A stretch of DNA of 63,988 bases, filler included, from Octopus bimaculoides (Eukaryota): NCBI RefSeq assembly GCF_001194135.2. It is 5 parts of 5 records of this genome, joined end to end, with 100 filler letters (N's around TTAATTAATTAA, not from the genome) between each part and the next. Parts side by side here need not be neighbours in the genome. Positions count along the whole stretch, not along the records: positions 46,240 to 62,165 come from NC_068984.1; 4 more parts are not named here. The stretch is one strand, 5' to 3'. The notes under the pieces were generated by a model. That model searched no databases. It saw nothing but the letters and a program-made list of their open reading frames with translations, and was not told the DNA's origin. The position numbers were made by a program, and so were the translations under genes. Position 1 is the stretch's first letter, and every line of letters starts with the position of its first letter. Below are positions 50,631 through 61,360 of this stretch, one piece after another.

Positions 50631-51193
50631 CAGAGTTATTCAAAAAGAAAGAGCAGGTTTCAAATTTATTTTTAAAACTAACGGTAAGAGACACAAACAC
50701 ATTCCTACATATTTCTTGATAGGGGAAAGTTTAAAGTTTATAGCTGAACATGATCAATTGAATTAAGCCTTAAATAAAATAATATTTTAATTTTGTTTTA
50801 ATGTTTCATTTTGTTCATTTTATTTAAAGTTGTATGATTTTCATTTGTGTAATCCCTTAGAAAATGCCGACGCCACAAGAAAAGTCTTTTTGTGTGCTGC
50901 AGTTTGAGAAATGCGAATCGATTGTGCAAGTGCAGCGTGAATTTCGCCACCATTTCAATGAAAATCTACCTCGACAAAAGCAAATTTACGAATGGCATAA
51001 AAAAATTCTCAGAAAATGGTTGCATTTATAAAGGTAAAAGCACTGGTGCTCATGGTACTCATGTTGAGTGCATACTATCTTAAAATGAACTTTAAACCTT
51101 CTCCTATCAAGAAATATGTAGAATGTGTTTGTGTCTCTTACCGTTTGTTTTAAAAATAAATTAAAAATCTGCTCTTTCTTTTTGGATAACCTG
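50631..51193 (+). mobile_element. Non-autonomous Tc1/mariner deletion derivative with ~115-bp TIRs and TA flanks
   Basis: TA at 50629-30 and 51194-95. Left arm cagagttattcaaaaagaaagagcag...gatagggga matches the reverse complement of the right arm. Internal MPTPQEKSFCVLQFEKCESIVQVQREFRHHF...IYEWHK(fs)FSENGCIYKGKSTG (50864-51045) is an N-terminal HTH of mariner-like (DUF4817-type) transposases. Confidence 0.85.
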
Positions 51194-51373
51194 TATATTG
51201 AATATTGTGAGCCAAAGAAAAAATTTAATAAATAAAATTGCCTCACAATAAAAAGAATAAAAAACCCATTAGCATTAATGGAAATTATTTTCAGAGTCAA
51301 AGACAACTTCGAAATTTAAAGTAACGAAAATTTAATGAGAAGTACACTGTTCGATGTACTTTTGCTATGTACA

Positions 51374-51410
51374 GTTTCTTGGCCTTTTGGCTAAGATCAA
51401 AGTGTGGTAT
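51374..51410 (+). pseudogene. U2 snRNA 5' fragment (truncated retro-pseudogene)
   Basis: gtttcttGGCCTTTTGGCTAAGATCAAAGTGTgGTAT versus U2 5' end GCTTCTCGGCCTTTTGGCTAAGATCA(A)AGTGTAGTAT. Similarity stops right after the branch-point recognition region. Confidence 0.8.
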
Positions 51411-52354
51411 ATAAGGTGAAATCAACTGATTTGTTATGGCCGTCTAAGACTTCCTCTGTCTCTTATCATTAACGCTAATGATGTTCCTGTTCATTACAGA
51501 CATCATTATAATTGATTAAACATTTTTATCGCACTTCATTAAGTGTAGTAGCCCCAAACTCAATAAGAATTCTTATTTGTTATCAATCATCAAGATGCAT
51601 CACCAAGCAAAAGTCTTCGATCAATAGAAGAGTTTTGATGATTACACGAAAACAATCGTCGGGTTTTTCTAATAAATACAATACAGTTTTCTTGTTCGGT
51701 TACACATCCGATTACGCAATGAAAAACAACTATGTGAAAACTGTCATATTTTCTCTCTCACTTGATATATATCCACGCATATATATATATATTCATTATT
51801 TGTTTTATATATGTATATATATATATATATATATATNNNNNNNNNNNNNNNNNNNNNNNNNNNNNNNNNNNNNNNNNNNNNNNNNNNNNNNNNNNNNNNN
51901 NNNNNNNNNNNNNNNNNNNNNNNNNNNNNNNNNNNNNNNNNNNNNNNNNNNNNNNNNNNNNNNNNNNNNNNNNNNNNNNNNNNNNNNNNNNNNNNNNNNN
52001 NNNNNNNNNNNNNNNNNNNNNNNNNNNNNNNNNNNNNNNNNNNNNNNNNNNNNNNNNNNNNNNNNNNNNNNNNNNNNNNNNNNNNNNNNNNNNNNNNNNN
52101 NNNNNNNNNNNNNNNNNNNNNNNNNNNNNNNNNNNNNNNNNNNNNNNNNNNNNNNNNNNNNNNNNNNNNNNNNNNNNNNNNNNNNNNNNNNNNNNNNNNN
52201 NNNNNNNNNNNNNNNNTATATATATATATTTCTGTATGTGGGTATATATATATAGATATATGTATATTCATATATATATATATCTACATTTATATATCTA
52301 TCTATATATCTGTATATATATATACACACAAATATACATATATACATATACAAT

Positions 52355-52395
<41 letters not shown>

Positions 52396-52430
52396 CAAAT
52401 ACATACATCTATCTATCTATATATATATAT

Positions 52431-52465
<35 letters not shown>

Positions 52466-52522
52466 AATATACATGTATACGTATATATATGCGTATATAT
52501 ACGTATATATATATATACACGT

Positions 52523-52567
<45 letters not shown>

Positions 52568-52896
52568 CACATATATGTATGTGTATGTAAGTGTGTGCGT
52601 ATGTGTGTTTATACATACATGTCTTCATTTATATATACAAGCATCCATACATACATACATTGAATATATAACACAACCGTGGAACCCTCACATGCCCCAC
52701 TCCGAGTTTCCCAGCAGTCATAGCTATGAAGGTAGCTAATTTCCAATCGATAATCAGCGCACATGCTACCGTTCATCGGTTGTCGTGCGTGACTATTTCA
52801 GATTTTTCCATGTGTGTATCATATACTTAAATATAATTCTCTTTTCCAATAACGTTGAGTTCCATTTCCTATTTTGTTACACACATGGTTTATCGT

Positions 52897-52942
<46 letters not shown>

Positions 52943-53030
52943 TTGTATATGTGTAGAAATGGCTTTTGCCAATTTTATATATGTATATATCTTTGTATAT
53001 CTGTACATATGGCTTTTGCCACTTTTCTCT

Positions 53031-53515
53031 TCGTGTGTACTTAGCACTCTACTGTATGACAGTGAGACCTGGAGGCCATACACACGCCAAGAGTGTCGCC
53101 TAAATTTCTTTCACCTGGGCTGCCTTCGGAAAATCCTTGGCATCAAATGGCAGAATCGTGTTCCCAACAACGATGTCCTCAAGCCAGCGGGAATACCAAG
53201 CATGTTTGCACTCCTCACACAAAGACGTATGAGATGGCTTGGACATGTTTTGTCGAATGGAAGATGGCAGAATCCCCAAGGACATACTCTACGGAGAGCT
53301 TGCTAGGGGCACTAGGTCTGTGGGAAGACCATTCTTACGATACAAGGATGTTTGCAAAAGGGACATGAAGGCCTGCGACATCAATATTAGCAACTGGGAA
53401 TCGATTGCCAGCAACCGAGTAGATTGGCGACGCACCATAGAAGAGGGAACACAAAGGAGTGACAGAGGGAGAGAGGAGAAATGGAAAGACAAGAAAAGAC
53501 GTCAACAAGAAACTA
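53031..53515 (+). mobile_element. RTE/BovB-like LINE RT C-terminal and 3' region
   Basis: VLSTLLYDSETW...LRKILGIKWQNRVPN..VL...RRMRWLGHV(fs)RMEDGRIPKDILYGEL..G.RS.GRP.LRYKD..KRD. One frameshift near 53250. Confidence 0.92.
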
Positions 53516-53863
53516 TGATATATANNNNNNNNNNNNNNNNNNNNNNNNNNNNNNNNNNNNNNNNNNNNNNNNNNNNNNNNNNNNNNNNNNNNNNNNNNNN
53601 NNNNNNNNNNNNNNNNNNNNNNNNNNNNNNNNNNNNNNNNNNNNNNNNNNNNNNNNNNNNNNNNNNNNNNNNNNNNNNNNNNNNNNNNNNNNNNNNNNNN
53701 NNNNNNNNNNNNNNNNNNNNNNNNNNNNNNNNNNNNNNNNNNNNNNNNNNNNNNNNNNNNNNNNNNNNNNNNNNNNNNNNNNNNNTATATATATATGTAT
53801 ATATATTATATATATATGTGTATGCATAGAAGTAAATCTAGGGAAAGCAAGTTAGTCAGATCA

Positions 53864-54301
53864 ATATATAAAATATATCAAATACATGAAATACAAAAGA
53901 ATGTATATATGTATACAAATATAAAATTTCGACATACACAGAGTAGAAATGATGCAGAGAATTAAAGGGATTGAGGAGCAGTATTTCAAATCCAACAGCT
54001 GTTTCAGAGGGCAACACCAGTTACATTTTTAATATTGTTCCTGATCCCCTTTAATTCTCTGCATCATTTCTATTCTGTGTAAGTCGGAATTTTTATATTC
54101 TTTTATGCTTTTATTCGTGTCAGACATTTGACTGCGGCCATTCTGGAGCTCCGCCTTTAGTCGAACAAATCGACCCCAGGACTTATTCTATCCGTCTCTT
54201 TTGCCGAATCGCTAAGTAACTGGGACGTAAACACACCAACATTGGTTGTCAAGCGATGTTGAGGGTACAAACGCAGACACACAAACATATGCACATAATA
54301 C

Positions 54302-54372
<71 letters not shown>

Positions 54373-54588
54373 ACGGGCTTCTTTCAGTTTCCGTCTACCA
54401 AATCCACTCACAAGGTTTTGGTCGGCCCGAGGCAATAGTACAAGACACTTACCCAAGTTCCCACGCAGTGGGACTGAACCCGGAACCATGTGGCTGTTAA
54501 GCAAGCTACTTCCCACACAGCCACACCTGCGCCTATGGTGTATACCTATATACATCTTTTGTATTTCATGTATTTAATATACTTTATA
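53864..54588. repeat. Long inverted repeat whose right arm is split by a SINE
   Basis: 53918-53985 pairs with 54031-54099, and 53864-53916 pairs with ~54539-54588. Confidence 0.85.
54108..54535 (-). mobile_element. Full modular SINE (A+B) with long (AT)n hinge
   Basis: Collinear with the other copies. (AT)n at ~54315-54368. Confidence 0.88.
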
Positions 54589-55329
54589 AATTGACTTGTG
54601 TAACATGCTTATCCCTACATTTACTTCTACACATGCTGGAGTTTAAATCTCTAGAGCACTGCTAAGTGTATTCTATGCAGAGAACATATGATTCTCACCC
54701 ATGAATTACATATATATATAATTTATTCACAAGCTAGGAGCTATAGTGTAAGGTGCCACGCATTGGAACTGAACTCGAAGACGTATAACTGCAAGGCAAC
54801 CTTCCTTACAAGCTCTCACACACGCGCATGTACACATACATACACACACATACACATGCACGCACATTGTTAGTAAGGGCAGCTGTTCATTTTGTTTTTG
54901 TTTCAGTAAACTTCACCAGTGCCCAATGAACAAAACTTTATCTGGATGCATTCTCGTGTGACTTAATGTGATACAAATTTACGAAAATTCTATTTAATTT
55001 CTTTAACGATCCGAAGAGCAGAAACAGTTTTATTAGGTCACATGACTTGATCAGGTGCTACAAATGAATTGACAGTGTAAAGAATTTTAAGAAACCTTCC
55101 TTAAAAAAAAATTGTCTAGAAAAAAAGAGAGTAACTTTTAAGAGCAAATTAAAATTATTCAAACATTGTTCTTATTAATTTTTAATGAATCTCAGTTGTT
55201 TTCTATTGGTGTGTTAGTTTAAGTCGAACACCAAGGGAAGGTGTACACGTGTTTGGTATCATTCTCGTACACATAGCACCAATTATCTTGACCACTGACC
55301 CGTACGGAATCACATTAAGCTGTTTGCGC

Positions 55330-55457
55330 ATGAAAGACTTAATGTGCTGATAACAACAGCAGCAGCAGCAGCAGCAACAACAACCTCCACAACAACAACA
55401 ATAATAACAATATCAATGGGAACAATAATAAAAACAACAACAACAATAATAATAATG

Positions 55458-55513
<56 letters not shown>

Positions 55514-55603
55514 TGATAATTTCAATTATTTCCTGCAAGAGGTGCATCTATTCATAAAACATGACAACAGAAGCAAAAATAACAACATTAATAACAATAA
55601 TAA
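55330..55603. repeat. (CAG)/(ACA)/(TAA)n microsatellite
   Basis: Direct reading. Near-pure TAA at ~55445-55512. Confidence 0.9.
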
Positions 55604-55892
55604 ATCTGTGGGTATGAAGATACTATGGATGATATTAGATTGCTGGGGGATAACGAAGGATACAAGTAACCAAAGGTGTTGCAGGATGATAACATAGGAA
55701 AAAGATATGAGAAATTCTCCAAAGAATACAAGAGAAGGATTAGGAAAGCAATTCCCAAATAGAGGGAACGGCATGAAGGCAATGGGTTCATGTCCCATTC
55801 CAGTGTTATGAGATTCCATTCCCTTTTTTCTATAGTGGACAAAAGGCTACAAGAACCAGATTGAAAAACTGGGAAGTTGTTCAAAATGTACG

Positions 55893-56385
55893 ACCTGGGC
55901 GCGTTAATAGTAATACAGGTGATTGACAGATAACGGTCTCGGTTAGAGAATGCGTGGGCTAAGATTACGCGCCCTCCATTGGTCAGTTAAAGTTTAGATA
56001 GTGTCACGTGACAAGCTGCTGGGGCTGCCTGCTGGAGCCTATTTGCGGGTAAGACTACACGCACTCCATTGGTCAGTTAAAGTTTAAACAGTGTCACGTG
56101 ACAACTTGCTGGGACTGCCGGCTGGAGCCTAGCAGCAGGTATTTAAAGGTTAAATTTGACAAGACAGTCAGTCGGCCGCTGACACTCGTTGACGCTGCAT
56201 CGAAGAGGCCAGGGAACAGAAGGAAGAAGACATACACTCAACACCAGAGCTGAAGACACCTCCGTCAAAACGGTAGAGGAGTAGGGGCCGAAACCGGACG
56301 TGGTTCCTCCTGATGATGTCTTGAGATAACTGGATCTTATTAAGGAGCTCTTGTGGTAACAGACCACGAAACATGGTTGAAATTC
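55893..56385 (+). mobile_element. Penelope pseudo-LTR / retrozyme-like cassette (duplicated promoter unit, TATA, two hammerhead-like motifs)
   Basis: Interrupts the R4 reading frame. 90-bp tandem duplication, TATTTAAA at 56140, CTGAAGA(56250)...GAAAC(56290) and CTGATGA(56310)...GAAAC(56368). Confidence 0.55.
55952..56147 (+). promoter_or_regulatory. Putative Pol II promoter: 2x (inverted CCAAT + TGTCACGTGACA E-box palindrome) + TATA
   Basis: ATTGG at ~55978 and ~56068, 12-bp palindromes at 56002-56013 and 56092-56103, TATTTAAA at 56140-56147. Confidence 0.5.
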
Positions 56386-57356
56386 CTTCCTACCGACCGT
56401 TTCTAATTACTAAGAAGGGAAAGATACAAAGGTTCGTTAAGCATAGAAGACACAATTAGTATTGCGATATTGGGTTTGGAAAAAACCACGATGTTCATAG
56501 AAGCAACAATATCTGCAGCAAAATATATTTAGGAAATGACTGAAACAGCAAGAGAATTCAAAAGTAGAAAGAAGAATGGCAGCACAAATAAATAATAAAA
56601 AAAAGGAACATAATTACGCGGACAATGCTGAAAGTAAAGAATGCTGGTTGTGCCCGACAGGTGGAAACCTGAAACGAGAAATAGAATCGCTGATTATAGC
56701 GGCTAATGGCGAGCCATTGAACGAATTAGACAATGACAAAGATTGATAACAGACAAGCAGAGAGCAAAGTAGGATACGTGGAAAAGTGAGTGCTGTGAGC
56801 AAGCACAAAAAGAGTATAAATACAAGCGTGATCCCGTCCGTAAAAGAGTGCATTGGATGTTAACCAAGTCTGTTGTTTCGAAGGGATGAAAAAGTAGTAT
56901 AAACACGAACCAGAGACTGCGATGGAGAATGATAATTACAAGACTTTATGGGATTTCTCCATAAAAACTGATCATACTATTGAAGCCAAGAAACCAGATA
57001 TGATCGTAGAGGAGAGAAAAGCAAACAGCGTAAGATATCATAATAAAGTGAATATTTTGCATGTTAAGAAAACTGAAAGATATCAGGATTTAAGTGAAGA
57101 GACGAAGAAATTGTGGAACACAGAGGAGAAAATTATTCCTGTGGCAATTCATTCTTTCTGTGTAACATCCACACTACTACCTTAGTGCTAGAAAACTGAT
57201 ATGAAGACACATATTTTCGACTTGCAGTAAAGTGTCATCCGTTACTTTCTTCAGCAGGTTCATCACCAGTTCCTCTTCCGTATATTCTGAGAGTATAGTC
57301 ATGTCTTGGATTCGCACAATTTATTCTGCTAACAAGTCTCATTTTCATATTGCCAT

Positions 57357-57429
<73 letters not shown>

Positions 57430-58764
57430 GGTTTAGATATAGATTCAAGGTTGAATATGGTACTTATGCGTAGGCACCCGAATATCGTATTCCAAAAGGA
57501 TTGGTGATCAAAATAAAAAAAAATAAGTAACACGGATTTCAAAGGCGATTGCAGTACGCACGTTTCATGCTACTCCAATTTATTTAAGTAATGCGAGCAT
57601 TACATTAAATGCAATATGAAGAGCAATCTTCAGCTGCACGAAAATGCAGAAAATTACAGTAGAAAAGACATATATATATACAGCTGTGAAGGACAGCGCA
57701 AATGATGACAGAAGATGCAGTACATTTGGTATCAAGTATCAGAAACAAAGGGAAGCCTTCTCAAGTCTGAAATAAAATAGAAATAGCCTTCCATTTATAA
57801 ATTACCAATTTATTTACCTTAATTCCTTAGAAGCAAAAGATGGAAAGGGAAATATATGATAACATTAAAATTCAGCTCTCAGTTACCAGAATAATACTAG
57901 AAAGGCATGAAAAACAAGTAAAATGACGTTATAAAAATGGTTTTCAACAGTGATTCTTAAAGAAAGTAGAATCTGCACGCTATCAGTGGGAGATCGTAAA
58001 ATTCCCGGAAAGTGAAAACAAAACTCGCATAAAGTCAGCAGAAAAGTATGACTGTGACGGAAAATGTACGAAATAAAATATTCCAAGATGGTCTACACAT
58101 ATCCACGGTATTCTGCTTAGTACTTACTTCCTTGAACATCATATTCAATAAAAACGAATTGGATTATGAGATGGATAGACAAAACGTAATGATCTTATAT
58201 ATACGTACTAACTATATAAAGTGGTTTACAATGTTGGGATCATAAACGGAAGCATTATTGTACACCATGAAATGATTTAAAGCCGATATGTATATAGATT
58301 TTTCTGTAGCAAAAAGTTTCTGGAATATATCCATGCGATTCAAACTTGCCATGCCTAAAACAGTGCGTAAGAAAAAACGTAACATAATTATATGAAGGTG
58401 TGACGTTAGTGAAACATAAAAGTTTCATAAAATATATGGAAACGAAACGTAAAATTTCATCGTTCACTAAGATTAGTTAGCGAATTCGATCTGTGTCGAA
58501 ATAAAAATTTTAGAGGTACTAGATATACAGTTGAGACATAACTCTATCCTAGTAAGTACAAGGGAAGAGCAACTGTTCAAATGCTATTAAAGTAAGAACA
58601 ATAACTTAGGATTTCTTAGAGAAACCCGTAGAAATAATGGTAAAGAACCACTATACCACTAAAGTTAAATACACTACATAGCAATAATATGCTAACATTT
58701 AAGGTAGAAGATATTGAAAAAAATTTATTCAAGAAATTGGTGGAAAATGGGTATTGTATAATAT

Positions 58765-58975
58765 TAGCTTCAAATTTTGGTACAAGGCCAGAAATTTTGG
58801 GGGAAGATGGAAGTCGATTACTTCGATTCCAGTGCTCAACGAGTACTTATGTTATCGACCCCGAAGGGACGAAAGGCGAAGTCAACCTCGATGGAATTGG
58901 AACTCAGAACGTAAAGACAGACGAAATGCCACTAAAAATTTTGCCCGGCGTGCTTAACGAATCAGCCAGTACGTT
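58765..58975 (-). mobile_element. C-type SINE
   Basis: ttttggtacaaggccag...ttatcgaccccgaagggacgaaaggcgaagtcaacctc...gaactcagaacgtaaagacagacgaaatgcc. Confidence 0.78.
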
Positions 58976-60252
58976 TCCCTTCGGTTACGTCTCCCAGACT
59001 CTTCTCTCAATTCATAAGCGATTTGCTTCCCAGTATTTCTAGTAATAATCACCCCACTTCACACAACTATAACCCTCTCAACACAGATGTTATCTTTAAG
59101 AAACCCCGATATCTCATTGAAGAGTTACATAACTTACTTAAACATAGACCACGGAGATATTATACAATTGTCATAGGACATCCAAGACTTCTTCAATTGT
59201 ATCATGATACAATAGCTACACATATCAAGGAAGCAATCATCTACTCGACAAACCTTAAATCAAAGCCCACAAATGCTTGGTTTCATGATATGTTGCAATC
59301 TTTTCATTGGTTGTCCCACATAACATTATCACATCGACATCTCAGCTCACTCATTATGCAATACATCAAATCCACGAGCTTACATTAGAAAACAAATTCA
59401 CTGACGGCCAAAAAAAAGAGAAGCAGTAGTCAGGGACTTCGGAGGTGCGTCTGGAGTGAAGAGATTATGCGGTTGGTGTCTTGCTTTAAACAAACAGAGG
59501 AAAAACGTTGCCAGAGAGGGAACCAAGGTTCTGCTTCTTATACTCGCAGTAGACCGAAACATGTTGAAAGTAGCTGTGTACCAGGTTGCGGTGTCCGAGC
59601 AGGCTCTTGTGTCAGAAGAGTATCTATATTTTAGAACAAGCGAGCTCTATACCTTTGACCCGGTTTAGTCACGAAAAATACATTTAGCATCCTTCTTTCA
59701 CTATCCATACTCTGTCTCACTTTTCACACTGAATTATATATGCTAACCATTCACTTTGAGAGCCACATCTCTTTGGAATATTCTCGTTCTGAATGTTTAC
59801 CCAGAGGCGTTGATGTATGGAAGTGGAAGTTTAACACCAGTTGTATGGATGTGTCAAAACGAGGCCAAAGAGGGAATTCCAAGGTCATGCAATACATCGC
59901 TTCCAGTGATAAAGAGTTAAGAAAACGAACAATCCAGACAATTATTAATCTTTTAGTTTCATGTTTACACACACTGGCATTGAGGAATAAATGTAGAAAG
60001 TAGAATTTAATTTAAACCCATGTCGATAACGAAGGATGTTGTTAAGTATCTCTATTCATATACGGAACCAATTACTCTTACACATGAACACTCACACACG
60101 AACTTTCCTCTCCCACTTTCTCTCTCCCCCTCTCTCTCCCCGACGCTCACCCCCACCCCACATATACTCACGCATCTGGCAATGTTTGAAACGTTATCTA
60201 GGCTCAGGCATGTCTATGAGATTGAGAAGCTCGCTTTGAAGTCACACGCTCT

Positions 60253-60915
60253 GTGAGTGAATTTGGTGAATGGAAACTGCGCGCGAAAGCCCGTCGTATA
60301 TATATATNNNNNNNNNNNNNNNNNNNNNNNNNNNNNNNNNNNNNNNNNNNNNNNNNNNNNNNNNNNNNNNNNNNNNNNNNNNNNNNNNNNNNNNNNNNNN
60401 NNNNNNNNNNNNNNNNNNNNNNNNNNNNNNNNNNNNNNNNNNNNNNNNNNNNNNNNNNNNNNNNNNNNNNNNNNNNNNNNNNNNNNNNNNNNNNNNNNNN
60501 NNNNNNNNNNNNNNNNNNNNNNNNNNNNNNNNNNNNNNNNNNNNNNNNNNNNNNNNNNNNNNNNNNNNNNNNNNNNNNNNNNNNNNNNNNNNNNNNNNNN
60601 NNNNNNNNNNNNNNNNNNNNNNNNNNNNNNNNNNNNNNNNNNNNNNNATATATATATATATATATACGTGTGTGTGTGTGTGCATATGTGTTTGTAACTC
60701 CGCATCACTTAACATTCAGTTTGTTTACGTCGGTGTAACTTTTTTCTCTGCATAAGATAGCAATAGAATAAGTACCACACTTATAAAAAAACCCCACAAA
60801 AAACAAACAAACAAACAGAAAAAGACTAAGTAGTGGAATCAATTTGTTCAGATAAGCTCTTCAAGGCGGTGCTCAGCATGGCCGCAGTTCAATAACCGAA
60901 GCCTAAACAATAAAA
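60253..60915 (+). mobile_element. Modular SINE with a gap in its internal (AT)n
   Basis: gtgagtgaatttggtgaatggaaactg...cccgtcgtatata [N 60308-60648] gtgtgtg...ggcggtgctcagcatggccgcag. Confidence 0.7.
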
Positions 60916-61124
60916 GGTAACAGATAAAAGATATCAGAAATTCTAATACTTGTTGGAAGAAGATTACAATTAAGTCAAATAGCTCGTAAAGCATTGTAGA
61001 CAATATATTGCTGATCTAGCATTTTCCATGCAAATCTATATCTTTTGCTTGTGGTACTACAAAATATATCTTCAGAGTTAGGCTGGAACTGGGTAACAGG
61101 TACATTTTCTTTTTATAAAACCTT

Positions 61125-61360
61125 TCTTATTTCTTTACTACTCACAAGGGGCTACACACAGAGGGGACAAACAAGGACAGACAAACAGATTAAGTCGATT
61201 ATATCGACCCCAGTGCGTAACTGGTACTTATTTAATCGACCCCGAAAGGATGAAAGGGAAAGTCGACCACGGCGGAATTTGAACTCAGAACGTATCGGCA
61301 GACGAAATACTGCTAAGCATTTCGCCCGGCGTGCTAACGATTCTGCCAGTTCGCCGCCTT
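61125..61360 (-). mobile_element. C-type SINE, full length, well preserved
   Basis: cttatttctttactactcacaaggggctacacacagagggg...gacgaaatactgctaagcatttcgcccggcgtgctaacgattctgccagttcgccgcctt. Confidence 0.88.

Larger units (their letters stand above)
55604..57185 (+). mobile_element. 5'-truncated, decayed R4/Dong-like (RLE-type) non-LTR retrotransposon, interrupted at ~55893-56385
   Basis: EGYK*..VLQDDNI..KEYKRRIRK; LQEPD.KTGKLFKMY | RRE..KGSLSIEDTI; GNLKREIESLIIAA; VHW.L; YKHEPE..MENDNYKTLWDFSIKTDHTIEAKKPDMIV (PD of the restriction-like endonuclease); ERYQDL.EE.KKLWN...IIPV. Confidence 0.8.
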
